Part shown: positions 25,432 to 39,045 of the stretch, in pieces
How the letters are laid out: every line of letters starts with the position of its first letter
Numbering within the stretch: position 1 is the stretch's first letter
Source: Eledone cirrhosa
Taxonomy: Eukaryota
Direction: 5' to 3'
NCBI GenBank assembly: GCA_964016885.1
Contig: OZ024745.1
Span: forward strand, 81,716,001-81,780,000
DNA length: 64,000 nucleotides
The notes under the pieces: model-generated
The model's input: the letters and a program-made list of their open reading frames with translations, nothing else
What the model was told of the DNA's origin: nothing
The model's database searches: none
Program-made: the position numbers and the translations under genes

Positions 25432-25461
<30 letters not shown>

Positions 25462-26138
25462 CAACATTATCAATAGAAATACCTTAAGCTGATAAAATAT
25501 GTTATTGTGTTAGGTGAGAATGGGGACATTCCTACAGAAATACCTTGCAGTATTCACATCTGACTAAGTTATCTCCCTTTATGCCAACATCCACTTAGCA
25601 TTTTTTGTGTGTGTACTTTGTCAGCATAGGTGACCATTTACCCCCCCCCCCCACCTGCAAAAAAGGGGGTTCGTCTTATACTTCAGGTATAAAATGTGAA
25701 CCTTAAATCCTGTGGTTTATGGTTAGTTGTTAGCATGGGAGATTTTTGATGGTAGGCCAACCCCTGCCTTGGTAACTATTGACAAAAATATTTTCTACTG
25801 AAACAGCTTAATTCACATTTTTATAATAAAATAATAAAAGTTCTCTTACCTTATGTAATATATGGTATGATTGCACGGCAATTATAAAACGCATATTCAT
25901 CAAGAGAGAAATCCAAAACCATCGTCACACTATAAACAAAACAACTGCTAGCCTTGGGTCATTCAAACCGCTTCACCAGAACATTAAGGAAAAAAGATGC
26001 TTACTGTAATAATTCAAGGAATAGACTGGTATTCATAGTTTAGCATGCTCACCAGTTCTTGTGGTACTAGCATGTATGGCAGATGGCACCAAACTAAAAT
26101 TTAGAATTTGAGTGAAAAGAAAGTATATGCTTACTGAA

Positions 26139-26805
26139 TCTAAACTATAATAAAGTAAGGAGCACGGCTCTGCGTACGGTTTATAATTTTTTTATAACAT
26201 TAGTAAAATAAGTTGGATTACTTTGAATAAATAATTGTTTCTACTTTAGGCACAAGGCCAGCAATTATCCAGTGCATTACTGGTACTTTATTTTATCGAC
26301 CCCGTAAGGATGAAAGGCAAAGTCAACCTCGGCGGGATTTGAACTCAGATCATAAAGGGACGTAACTATGCTGGAAAGCATGGCGTCCGACCCTCTACCG
26401 ATACTTTGAATAAATAATGAATGAATATTACATAATTTATGTACTAAATTTCGTGGCTTTTTATTAAATATATTTTATTACTTATTTAAAGATTCACTTC
26501 TTTAAAATTTTCAAATGTCAACACTTCCGGTTAGCGATTGCTTAGATAAATATTCATATATTTCTGTCACTAATTTTCTCCTAATGTAGTTTATATATAA
26601 TATTGTCTTTTTTTAATGTATCATGGATTACGTTACTGATTGCATAAGAGAGTGTAACACAGTCTTTGTTCAATTTCTGTGTATATTGTCAATTACGATT
26701 TTATTTGATGTATCATATCTACATGCATATATACTTGTATATAATATCAATATACACACTACACATGCTAGCAGAAAACCACCCAAAGAGTGGTTTTTCT
26801 GCTAG
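26139..26805 (+). mobile_element. Helitron-like copy 3, carrying a SINE insertion
   Basis: Canonical A|TC...CTAG|T junctions (A26138, T26806), 3' hairpin and no TSD. Confidence 0.85.
26236..26401 (-). mobile_element. Family-A SINE nested in Helitron-like copy 3
   Basis: 17-bp TSD tactttgaataaataat at 26219-26235 and 26402-26418. This sequence is single-copy in Helitron copies 1 and 2. Confidence 0.92.
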
Positions 26806-26973
26806 TCTATTTAATAAATTCAATACAATACATTTTAAAATACAATTGGCGAGTGGGGGGCTGTATTGTACGGTGAATATAGGTCATCTTATATGCCCAG
26901 TCCCCTTCTACACCAGCCTTTATGCTATATATGTCTTTTTTTCATGGATGATAGATGTTCTTTATAGAATTAA

Positions 26974-27196
26974 CCCTCTTGTTACCATATTCTTAATTTC
27001 TGTTAAATTTGAAAATAATCAAGAATTTGTTTATACTTAGTAATATAACTAAATATTTCTTGATGATGGTATTTCAAACATAAATTAACAAATGTTACTT
27101 TCATAAAATTATGATGGAAGCTGTAAATTTAGATATGAACTCTTAAAAAATGTGTTTATATCAGATGCAGTTTCTGGCATCTTAGCATCAAAAGGG
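26974..27196. mobile_element. TTAA-type (piggyBac-like) MITE, degenerate
   Basis: ttaaCCCTCTTGTTACCATATT...GCATCAAAAGGG resembles the reverse complement of 39721-39943. Similar ends occur near 52474 and 56075. Confidence 0.6.
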
Positions 27197-27449
27197 CCAC
27201 TAAAAATTTCTTAATTTATTGTAATTAAAATTATGTTAGCTAGCACTGGAAGTTAACAAATCTTAGCTGGAATTCAAGAAATACAGAATTCAATTCTCTG
27301 CAGTGGCTGCTGGCCACTTTTTTCTGTTCCTAAGGGTATTACTCAATTTTCTAATGCTATTATCATTTATAGCAGTCCTGTGTTAGGATTACAACATTTC
27401 AAGATGTTAACTTTTGTGCTTTCATTGTGTCGGCTCCTGACAAACTGGC

Positions 27450-27545
27450 ATTAACTTTGCCTTTCATCCTTACGGGGTTGATAAAATAAAGCACCAGTAA
27501 TGAACTGGGGTAATTGCTAGCATTGTGCCAAAAGTAGAAACAATT
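27450..27545 (+). mobile_element. Family-A SINE 3' fragment
   Basis: ttaactttgcctttcatccttacgggg...gtgccaaaagtagaaacaatt. Confidence 0.8.
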
Positions 27546-30500
27546 AATTTTTTTTTTTGTCTTGGGTGTTTTACAGTTGAATTGAAGGATCAACTTGTAT
27601 TATTGAGTTATTTTTTTTGTCTTATTGGGTGTTTTACAGTTGACTTGAAGGGTCAATAAATATCCTTTAGGAAATACACATAAGATTTGACTTAAGTAAT
27701 TAAATACTGAAGCATCTTTGGATAAAAGTGCATTCATTCCTGTTTCAATATTATTATTTATGTACAGTATTTGCAGTTATTTGAATTGAATTAAGTTTAG
27801 TTTCACACATGGCCTCTTGTTAAGTGCTAAGATGAGATAATTGCCATGAGGTTCAAAATAGAAACCTTGCTTCAGTTAGACAGTTTTTCTTTTGATTCTT
27901 AATGATTTGGCCATTGGTAGGAGGAAGAGATAGAAAGAAAATAGTGCAGTGTTTCTGACACTCAAGTGTAAATAGGTTATTAGAGTTTACTTTCACCTAG
28001 AAGTCAGTCCAACTTGAATGTATCACGATGAAAGATATGTATACAATAATTACTCAAAATTTTGCTTCTTTGCTACAATTTTTTTTTAATCAACCGTAGT
28101 GATATAAATTTTATAGTTTAGTCTTTGTTTTTTTGCGATAAGCATTGGCTTACAGTTTGACACTCGGACATTGAACAACCAATGTACATGAGTCATTTTA
28201 ATAAAGAGGTTCTTTCTTCGTCACCATTTTCTGTTTCTACTGAGATAGAAGTGCCATTGTTCAAATTATTATTTATTTTTTCTATATTTCCTTTTTGGAA
28301 CTGTGCCTTAATAGGCTGACATCCAAATGTGTGTGTGTGTGTGTGTGTGTGTTTATATTATACTAAAGCATGATTCTTCTCTGTGTTATAAAGTTTGCTA
28401 GACATAACTGTTTCTGTTAGGCAATTTGATCCAAATAAAATTTCTTGGAGATTTTCAAAATGTTCTTGAGATTCTAATGTATACAGATCTTGCTATGTAA
28501 AAAATTGGGATGGCACTTTAATCTTGTCTTGCTTATTTATATTAAGTAAAATTAACTTGATTTACAATGCTAATTACCATTTTTGGTATTCTAATACTGT
28601 TTCCCAAAAGTGGGTTCTGTATGGTATTTTTGTAAAATCATTTTGACATGTGACTTAATTCAGAAGTGTGAAATAAATGACAATCAATATCTTAAAAACA
28701 CATGTATCATAATCCGTCAATGAATTTCCTGCATTTGTAGAATGTTTGGATGGATTTGAGATATTCATGAAATGAGGAGAATAATTTGACCATTGTCTCA
28801 GTTTGTGTTCTTCATTTACTAAAATAATTTTCAGAATTTCAATAAATTGTTATAAATTTCCACTTAGAAAGAGACAAAGGCAATTTTTCAGTTCCTTTGC
28901 ACACAATATTTATCTGCTTTATCAGTTATAATCTCGGACAATTTGAACTAGATATAGTGATTTTCTTTGAATGCCTGCATCTATAAAGCTCACCATAGAT
29001 CTGGTAGGTTGTATTCTGTCATAGGCTGAGTTGTAAAATGTTAAGATCATTCCAACATGCCATTATGGAAAATAGAAGAGACTGCTCAGCCTCAGCTTTT
29101 TAAATTGTTACATAAGTTAGCTACATTTTTCCTTTTAGGATTAATAAATATATCTTCTCACTCCACCTCCTGTTTATTATAGTCACCCAAGTCAGAACAG
29201 GAATTTAAAATCAGCTGCCCATGGGAACTCCTGTTTGCTAATGACCTAGTTTTTATAGCTATAGAAGATTTATAGGCTATGGATTTGGATGTTTAAAAAA
29301 AAAGTTGCCAGAGTAAGAATGGAGTGGAAAACATTCATTTACAACCCATCACTTTAGTTATTATAACAAAGGGATTCTTTCAGAATGAAGGGCAGATTAT
29401 ATGATGTTTGTGCATGAAGTGCAACACTTGATTCACAAGCTATCTTATAAGCCTTTTTATAAGCTTGGCCCTGGTAAATAAGCTAAGTAGCAACACTATT
29501 TAATTGCAAAGTAATTTGCCAGAATAAATAACTTTGTTATAGGTTCAGGGCAGTGCTTTTCCAGACCAAGCAATACCTGAGTGTTTTTATTACTTCTGAT
29601 GGCAATGTTACGAAGGTATTGAACTATTTGTAATACAATAACATCTGAACTGATTAGTCAAATGTAGTTTATTATGTTGCATTATGACCAGTATTGCTGT
29701 ATGGTTTTTGAGCAGTATCTTCTATATGCTGAGGACATGAGAACACTGTCAATATTTTCACTATTGGTGACTATGTAGCATAGCTTATATGATAAACTGT
29801 TCATGTTTTTACTATTACTGACTGTGTAGCAGAGAACATGAGAAAACTACATGTTTCACTATTGCTACCTATGTAGCATAGCTCATATGATAGAAATACA
29901 GAGAAATAGAGGAGTATTTCAATTTATCTTGAGAATGAAATTGGTTATGCTCTCTTTGTGGAGCAGCTTGTTCATATTACTACCAATATGAGGTGAGAAC
30001 TGTTTCAGCCAGCAAGCTCAGTGAAACAAGATTGTATGAGTGTCAGTTCATGTAACAGGGGAATGACAGCTTGATAATGGTATGGTAGTTGGTAAGTGAA
30101 GAGCAAGCAATTAGGGCAATAAACTTTGATTCTAGAAGCACTTATCTGCATTTGTGAATGCTCACTCATGTTTGAACCGTACTAAAGGCATATTTGAATC
30201 CAGTTTTTAACTTTTCTGAGATATATGGTCACTATAATGACCCATGTAGTTAAATCACTGTTGACCCTTATGTGGTCATCAATGATTTGAGGACGAGACA
30301 TTAGTGGTCAAAGTAAAGTTTTCAGCTGTATTTCCACAAATAATTGAGATATAATATTTTGTTTGGGTTTTCTTAGTGTTAAATGAAAGTGGGTTTCTGT
30401 TCATAGCAGAATGTATGTATGAAGGTGTGCACGTGTGGTGTGTGGGGAGAAGAAAAGAAATGCTGTTGCTTGAAATAATAGTTGAAATGTCATAAACTGG

Positions 30501-31419
30501 GTCTATATTGTGCATGGAACTGTCTAAATAATCTAAAACATCTTTATTTCTCTGAGATAATTTAAAATATTTTCTCATGTAGCAAGTTGACAAGTGGAAA
30601 CAGTTGTGTCTCAAACAGTTTTGTAGTATTTAGCTTCATTTATGCTCACAGATCAAATGTTACTTAGCATTTATCTTCCCCAGGATTAATAAAATAGGTT
30701 TACTCTGTGTTAAGAAGTTGATTCAATCAGATATTTTGATAATTTCTTTAGTCACCAGAGTCACTTTTTTCTTTTGTCTTTTTTAAACAAAAATATATTA
30801 GTAATCTTCCTTGAATGAAACTGCATGCTTCTCCTAATAATAGTCAGTGCTAAAAACATTTTTTCATTTATTATTGAAATTATTAAATTTCTTTTTAACC
30901 TGATTAGCCAAACAAATGAAGAAATTGTTGAATATATATATATATATATATACATACAATCACCATCATCACTATTTAAGGTCCATTTTCCATTCTTGCA
31001 TGGCTTAGATGGGCCATCCATATCAAGAGAGAAATCTGGCCAGGTTGGTCATGCTGTACCTTGCTCAGACAGAACTGTAAATTTATCCAGGATTTTTACA
31101 GCCTCCTGACACCAACCACATTTACAGTGTGGAACTGGATGGCACCGTTATGAGGAGGGACAGGCCAGTAGGCTGCACCATACCCTGCTCACAGCGGATC
31201 CATAGTTTGGGAGCCGCAATCATCTTTACGGCGGGGGGTCTGGCCAGTTGATCGCTCCTAGTTGGCCCTTGGTGAAGCAGTTATGAGGGAGATCTGGCCA
31301 GTTATGAGTGGGATCTCCCACTCATATTGGAACCATAATTTGGGAGCTTGGTTGTCCCTCTATGAAGTATGTTAGGCCAGTTGGCTGCGTCATGCCTTAC
31401 TCATTAAAGGAGCCATGTT

Positions 31420-31780
31420 TTGGTCTTTGCCAGGTATGGCTTTAAGGCCTTTTATTTCCAAGTTGTCTCTTCACGTCTGAATTTCTTCTCTAATTCTGTC
31501 ATAGAATTAGCTAAGAGAGTCAGGTCATCGGCGTATGGGAGTTCCCATGAGCAACCAGTCTTAAATTTCTCTATTATAGCTTGTAGGACAATATTGAAGA
31601 GGGGAGAGGTTAAAGACAGAGCCCTGGTGAACCCCCACCTGTACACTGAATTCCTCACTGTACTCATTGTTGATTTTAACTTTGCTGGTGGTCCCCTGGA
31701 CATGGCTTGTACTGCTTTCGCGAGCCATTCATCTACACAGTTTTCTGAGGACCCACCAGATTATGGGTTGAGGGACTAAT
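31420..31780 (-). mobile_element. RTE LINE RT fragment
   Basis: SPLFNIVLQAIIEKFKTGCSWELPYADDLTLLANS. An RTE-type tail remnant lies on the same strand at about 30958-31140. Confidence 0.85.
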
Positions 31781-33672
31781 ACGTGCACGCGCATGCATAC
31801 ATACACACACACTGTTTGCTCTTAGAAACAATTAACTGTCTGTTTATTTTTCAATTTTTAAACCTGAAATTAAAGAACTTGTAATTTGATTGCTGGCTAA
31901 TAGCACTGTATGACCTATGACTTTTATAGGTGTCTTGAAATTTGCAAGTGCTTCATTAAATATAGACACAGAAACACTTAATTGCTTGCACTCTTTTTGC
32001 CCTTGTCAATCTTTATAGCTGCTACCAAATTTAAAGCCGGCTGTGGTTTGTGACAACATGATGTCTAGAATCTATTTCTGAATCTGCAAACCATAAATAC
32101 AATTTTGTTGCCATTCAAGTGGAGCCATTATTTCCCTCAAGGTTGTTGTACTTGGTTTATAGTATGTGTTGTTTTGAATTATAAGATTTGTTATTGTTTT
32201 TATTTGGAAAGGATTCCAATCAGCATAGAAATATTTTACTTGTTAGATTTAAAAATTAGTGATTTTATCTATAACTTCTTTACTTAATTGTCTCTTTTTT
32301 TAAAGTCGAATTTGTATCTTTTCTAAAACTGTTGTGTGTCTTGCAAACATGTCTTTAATTTAATTTATCTTGCTGATCTTGCAATGTCTACAATTCTTCT
32401 AGGTTCTAAGTACTTGAAGAAAACAAATTATTGCCAGGAATGTAGTAAGTGAATCTAAAGACCCAGTCTTTGGCAACAGAGCAGCACTGAGAATTATTTA
32501 GATGAAATGTATATCAAGGACAATCCAGCTATCTAGTTGACTGATAAATTAATCAGTTTATTAAAAAAAAAAAAAAAAAAAATTAACTTTTCAAATTTTT
32601 TTAAATTGAATCACAAGAATTAAGATGTGTTCAGTTTGTTTTGCTTTCTTTTGACTAGTTCCAGCTCAAAGAATATCTATAGTCAAAGATGTTCTGGCTG
32701 TGATTGTCATGTATCTTTCCAAATCTCACTGCACTCAAGATCATTATTCCCTGTGTTTCTTTTTGAAGATGCTAGTGTGATTTAAGGGATATTTGGCTGT
32801 TATTTCTAGCATGTCGAATGGCTATTTGAAGGTTTTACCATTGATTTGTTTGACTAATCCCAATTTGATCTGCAAAAATGAAAATGCCCTCAATCGGTTG
32901 AGTCAACACCAAAGGGTTTGTTTCCATGCAACAGGCAAGAAAGCCAGACAGTTTTACATGTTCCAGATTATTTGCTATCACTAGAATTTATGTGTGCAAA
33001 TAGCATCATCAATGTTTAAACATTTGCGTTTCCATGGCTGTCTTCTCTGCGCCTCATCTCCTGTTACGTATTCTCTGTAGCTCGTCCCCAAGGTGGTTTT
33101 TATGGAAATTTACTCAGTATGTTGAAGTGATATCAGTGGCTTTTTGTGTACTTTAATGTGAATGTCTTCACAAAACATCAAGTGACTTCTGTGAGGACAA
33201 CTCTCTACCTCAGAGAAAACAATGCCCCCTGCATAAATGGATGGAATAATAAGGTCATGTTGAAGGAATGTATGAGATGATCAGTAACAGTACTTAAATT
33301 GTCACAGTAACTGATTATCATTTTCTGTATTTTTTTCATCTTTTCTTTTCGGTATTAAGAAACTCCATGTGCCCCAAAACCTTCCCCTTGGGACACAGAT
33401 TTTGAAAATCAAATTCATTTTTCTCTAGGATTCTAGGATTCACCATTTCAGAGTCTTTTGGTGACATACATACACTCTAAAAAAAAAAAATTTAAAAAAA
33501 AATATATATATATATATAGTATGTATGTGTGTGTGGTGTGTGTGTGTGTAAAAAATGGACATTAAATGATAATAGATATGTATGATAGTTTTCTTCAAAT
33601 TTCATATATCGATTTCACTCAAGAGGCATTGCTGAGCCTTAAATTTGCTTATGTTGCAAAATTAACTTTTTA

Positions 33673-33834
33673 ACCACAGTCTTGTTTGTACCTACCCATG
33701 AAGTGACTCAATGATTATTCACACTTACTTCATGGGTAGGTACAAGACTGTGTAGTAACTCAATTATGAATCACACTTACCACAGTCTTGCTTGTACCTA
33801 TCCATGAAGTGACTCAACTATGAATCACACTTAC
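33673..33834. repeat. Complex local duplication with an inverted middle segment
   Basis: A ~56-bp unit at 33673-33728 and 33779-33834, with its inverted copy at 33727-33752. Confidence 0.85.
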
Positions 33835-34399
33835 ATTGTGATGCTTATTGCTTCTTATTGTTTGTGTTGTCAACAGGGCTGATATAGAATTACTGTGAGA
33901 ATGCACAAAAACTCTAGTAGCATCTGGGAAACGACTTTGGTTGATATGTAGGAAGGGAGTTAAGATTTCTATTATGTAATCCGTATAAAGAAATCTGTTC
34001 ACAAAAGGTGAATTAGTTTTTGGCAGATTGACTAGAAACCAAGAATGTAGATGTTCCACATAAACAGTAGCATTGAATTGTTTATGCTATTAAGTGATCA
34101 AGTGACCTAAATAGTACTGATGGGGTTGCATGATCGTTAATTATGTATGACATAAGAATTCAATTCTTTTGCCGTTATATATTTTCAGCAGAATATGTCT
34201 TTCAACAACAGTTACAACTCAACATCACTACTCCTGTGATGCTGGCCTAGACAGTATGGGAGCCTGTATAGGCCACCTTGTGGCTTTAGCAGACAGAATG
34301 GAAAAAAACATTGTCCTGAAGAATGGCGAGACAGACATTAAAATAACCATTCCAACTTGTGTGACTCGCTCCTGTGGCTAGCCAACTCTACCTCCCTCT

Positions 34400-34830
34400 C
34401 ACTAAGGGCCTCTCATGACAAGCACAAATCCTAAACATAGCTAAAATTGCATCCAACAGACTGGCCCTTCTCTTCAGAGCCATAAAATCCTTCAGTCCCC
34501 AACATCTGACCTTGTTCAGGTAAAACCCACAATGGAGTTGTACTCCCACATCTGGAACAGTGTTGCTGCCATACAAACTGTATTCCAAAAAAGGTCACTC
34601 ATTTAATTGGTATAAAGAGTCTGACAGATGTCGCAGTCTCAGTATCACAATTCTACCACTACTGCAATGGTATCTACTCCTTGGAGCTAGATGACCTCAG
34701 GCACTCCTGTCTCATGCATCTCTCCTTCTCTCTCATCACCCATATTGTGTCCAACTTTCTAAGCATTCTGCCCAATTCTTTTCTCTGGAATTCTTTCTCT
34801 GTACATGTCTTTCAATTTAAACTGAACATT
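34400..34830 (+). mobile_element. Highly decayed L2/CR1-group LINE post-RT fragment
   Basis: Plus strand LS*QAQILNIAKIASNRLALLFR..FSPQHL and then MELYSHIW-like sequence, as in the post-RT region of CR1/L2-group ORF2. Confidence 0.55.
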
Positions 34831-35403
34831 ACCAGCTTCAATCTCATTGGTTTCAGAGGACATACAAAGGTCATGGGTACAGCTATTCCTCCATACCTAG
34901 CAAATAATAATAATAATAAACAACACACCAACACCCAAAGAACCACATACCACCAACCTCTACTGCACTAACACCTCAACACACTGCATCACCACCACCT
35001 CACCAACACACATCACACCATGGTCATTACACCACTCTATCATCAACAATACATCAGCATCAGTCTCATTGGTCATACATATTGTCTTTTTTTCTTGATA
35101 AATTGTTTAAATAGCAATTAGAGAAAATATTTCAATGTATTGAGAAAGAGAGAAAGTGAGTGGGGGCAAGATTTAAAAAAAATGAAAAAAAGATAGCTAT
35201 AAAGAGAGTGTTTGTTATGAGAACAGTAGTGTCCCAGGAAAAGAATGAGTAATGAATGGGAAGAGAGTAAAAACAGTTTGAAGAGGAAGAACAAATTATT
35301 GACATAAAGTGAGAGGGGGGGGGGAAACAGGACATACATAAACAAACCTTCACACACACACATATATATATATATATATACATGTGTGTGTGTGTGTGTG
35401 TGT

Positions 35404-35670
35404 ATCATCATCATCATCGCCATTTAACTTCCAGTTTTCCACATTAGCATGAGTTAGACAAGTTGTCCTGTTTTGAGACAAGCCAGGTCAGATGACTGTT
35501 TCTTGCTCATATAGAACTGTTTCTGGCTTGGTTTCTACGGCTGGATGCTCTTCCTCACACCAACTACATTTACAATGTGAACTGGGCGCTTTTTGTTGTG
35601 ACACCTACACAACGACTTTACAAATGGACTGGGCACTTTGTCGTGGCACCAAAACGACCACTTTACAGGG
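35404..35670 (-). mobile_element. RTE/SINE-type 3' tail with about two 48-bp units
   Basis: (ATC)n tail, ttctacggctggatgctcttcct, and repeated ctgggc-ctttt-gtg-cacc-acgac-actttaca. Confidence 0.75.
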
Positions 35671-35719
35671 GGCTTGTGACTTCGGTCTTGAGTCCCCTCC
35701 TTTAAGAGGTACAATTGTG

Positions 35720-36720
35720 CAAGGTCAGCTTTTATCAGCTCATCCGAAGTCACTCTAGGTCTTCCTTTGAGCACTTGCATTTTTTTTTTATACAACTGTC
35801 ATCCTTCATACACACCACATATCCATACCAAAGCATTCTCCTCTCCTGCACACTGCATCTGATTCCACTCATACCTAGTTTCTCTCGCAGTTGATTTATG
35901 CTTTATCATTCATGTATATTATTATACATCCATAGACATAGAAGCATGCCAGCTTCATGTCTTTCCTATCTTCACAGTACCATGCAACATTGCTGTTCAT
36001 ATGCATGCATCGTACAAGCTGCTCTTCATTTTGCGGGAAAAACCTTTTGTAGTTAGTAGTGGTAGTAGCTCTTTGAACTTTCTCCATCATGTTCGAACTC
36101 TGGCTACAGTATTTTTGGAACATCCACCTCCACTGCTAATTTGATTGCCCAGCTAACAGAAATTATCAACTACTACAGAGCCCACTGGGCATTTAAAGAG
36201 CTAGTATCCTGTGGGCTCTTGTTATTTACCACACCTGTGCAATGACCACATATAAAACCTGCGTTCTTTGTTAGCTTACCTGAAATACCACTACATCTCT
36301 TGTGTACTCATAGTTTGCATTTGGGGCATAGGATAGAATAAAATTTTTACCTACTCCTTTCCTGCACACTGAGCAAATCTGTGCCCTGTTTTCCTTTCTA
36401 CATACTAGGACTTTGCCAAGTTGGCTTTAAGATCTTTAGATTCTAAGCCTTGCTTCCAGATTTGGAATTTCTTCTCTAGTTCTGCTATAGATTCAGCTCT
36501 AAGGGTTAGAGCATCTGAATACAGAAGTTCCCATGGGCAGCCAGTCTTAAACTCTTCTGTTATAGCCTGCAGGATAATTATAAACAGGAGAGGGCTAAGA
36601 AGGGAGTTTTGATGTACTCTTACTTGCATGTTAAATTCTTCATTATAGTCGTTAATTCTAACCTTGCTGACTGTTCTTCTACATATGGCTTGTACAGCAC
36701 TCATAAGCCACTCATCTCCA
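35720..36720 (-). mobile_element. Decayed RTE LINE (RT to C-terminus)
   Basis: LLSPLLFIIILQAITEEFKTGCPWELLYSDAL, remnant of the Cys/His finger near 36230-36380, and GRPR near 35760. Confidence 0.85.
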
Positions 36721-36724
36721 GCCT

Positions 36725-38240
36725 GTATTGGTTGGCCACTGGTGCAAGAGGGAGTTTGTTGCTACTGCCCTTATGTTTCCCCCCGTGCCTTGCCATGGGC
36801 TCATCCGAGATCCTGGATAACAAGGTGTTGAGATGTTTCTTGAAGACATCCACATCTACACCATGCAGATCTCTCAGATCCCTCGGCAGCTTGTTGAAGC
36901 GTTGAGGGCCCTTGAACCCCAGTCTATTGCAATATCTGCTCCTTATTCTAGATGTGGAAGACGTGACCTTTGGCACCACACAGTGACGTCCTGTTCGACA
37001 GTTGGTTCAGCTCCCAATGCCAAAGTTTGGTGCTAGTCCCTCCAGGATTTTCCACATGTAGATCACTGCGTATCTCTCCCGTCTTCGTTCCAAGGAGTAG
37101 AGGTTCAGTTCTTTTAGCCTCTCTCAGTAGCTTATCTCCTTCATCGCCGCAATCCTCTTGGTGTAGCTTCGCTGGATTGCTTCAAGCTCCGTGGTTAGTT
37201 TAACACAATGGGGTGACCACAGCTGGGAGCAATAGTCCAGGCGGCTGAGGACAAATGTCCTCCATAGTGTCAACATGGTGTCTCAGTCTCTTGTCCGGAA
37301 AGTCCTCAAGATCCAGCCAGCGAGTCGTCTGCACATTGTCGCCACTTTCATGATGTGTGAGGAAAAAGATGCATCATCGCTCATGTCTATACCCAAATCT
37401 CGTATCGATTTCGACATGGGAATATCGGTCCCTCCTGGTCTGGTGTAACTGTGTTGTACTGAATTTGTGTTTGCAAGTTTGTATTGTAGGGCTTGGAATT
37501 TGCCAGCATTAAACTGCATGTTGTTGTCTTCCACCCATTTGTATATGGCGTCCAGATCTTTCTGATGATTCGCTCCATGACCTTACTGATATGTGACGTC
37601 AGGGAGACTGGCCTATAGTTTTTGGCCTCTGCTCTGCTACCTCCTTTATGGATAGGGCATATTGTGCCTTCTTTCAGCTACCTGGGTAGTCTACCGCTAG
37701 CCAAGGAGCTTCTGAAGAGCATCGTCAGTGGAGTTGCTAAGGCTCGCTTACATGTTTTTAAGAGGTCTACTGAGAATCCATCAGGTGCAGCAGCTGAGTC
37801 TGTCCTAATTTCATCTATGGCGTATACCACATCCTCCTCTGTTATGTCTATGTGGTTGATGGTCGCCATTTCTTCATGGAGTGTTGTGGCATCAAAGAAA
37901 TCCTCTGGCTTTGTTATTTGCATGTGCCTCAGTGGACATGTGAACACACTTTTGTACTGTTCGTTAAGTATTTCACTTATCTCTTGAGGATTCTCGGTTA
38001 ATGAACCGTCTGTATGGAAGAGTGGCCCAATCTTGCAGTGTACCGAGGCAGTTTCTTTTGCAAATTTAAAGAACGCCTTAGGGTTTGTTTTAATATTTTC
38101 TATGGCCTGCTTTCTTTCTTTGCCCTCTCATTTTCATGGGAAAGTTTGAGTGCAATCACGATGTCAAGTAGTGCACATTTCAAATAGGATTGCTTCTTGC
38201 TTTTGTTTTCTTGTTGTGCATTCAACTGGTTTGAGAGCTT
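36725..38240 (-). mobile_element. CR1-group LINE ORF2 relic with the RT core deleted
   Basis: Motifs TDSAAAPDGF, YRPVSLTSHISKVMERII, NNMQFNAGKF, IRDLGI, SRLDYCSQLWSP, LYSLERRRERY and GPQRFNKLP. Confidence 0.85.
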
Positions 38241-38818
38241 GGTTCTTTGTCTCATAAGGATTTTCCTATCTCTGGGACAACTTGTCTAGCCCATGCAAGC
38301 GTGGGAAAAACTGACACTGTAAAAATGATGATGATATATTGGCTGTGTGTCTGTATGTATGTGTACATATGTATGTCTAGTGTGTGTATATATATCTGTG
38401 ACATACACTTAGTATTTATTATGAGGTGAACTGTTTATCATCACTAGTTTGAAGTATAAGAGGAGTATAAGCTGTTACAGTGACCTATATTCTTTGCCTT
38501 CCTCTCTAGCTTTATGATATATTTACATTCCTTGTTGATTATCAGATAATTATTCACTAAGTTTGTTTAGAAGCTGATTGGGCATCTTCTGCTGTAACTG
38601 TCTGAACAATGTTAACTTAACTATTCTAAATCCAATCTTTGTTAATCCAATGGCTTTCATGTTGGTCGTTCATCACTTTAAAAATCATTTAATTATAATT
38701 GTATGGATAAAAGATAGGTGTTTTAATATAATTCTTCAAAGTTTTTAATTTAGTCTCTGCTCTTTGAAAGATTTTCAAATAAGTTTTTAGGTTTATAAAA
38801 GTTCCAAAGAAAATCTAT

Positions 38819-39045
38819 CCTAAACAATTGTATTATTGCTTCAAGGACTGAAGAGAAAGGGCTGAAAAAACATTTGTCAGCACCCAGCAATACCCTAAAC
38901 ATTTGTATTATTGTTTCAAGGACTGAAGAAGAGAAAAGGGTCCAAGGAGACAGTTGTTGCTATCAGTACCCAGCAGTACCCTAAACATTTGCGTTATTGC
39001 TTTAAAAACCTAAGAAAAAGGGCTTGAGGAGACAATTGCAGTCAA
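38819..39045. repeat. Degenerate ~75-85-bp tandem repeat, 3 copies
   Basis: cctaaaca-ttg-ttattg-tt-aa..aaaggg recurs three times. Confidence 0.8.
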
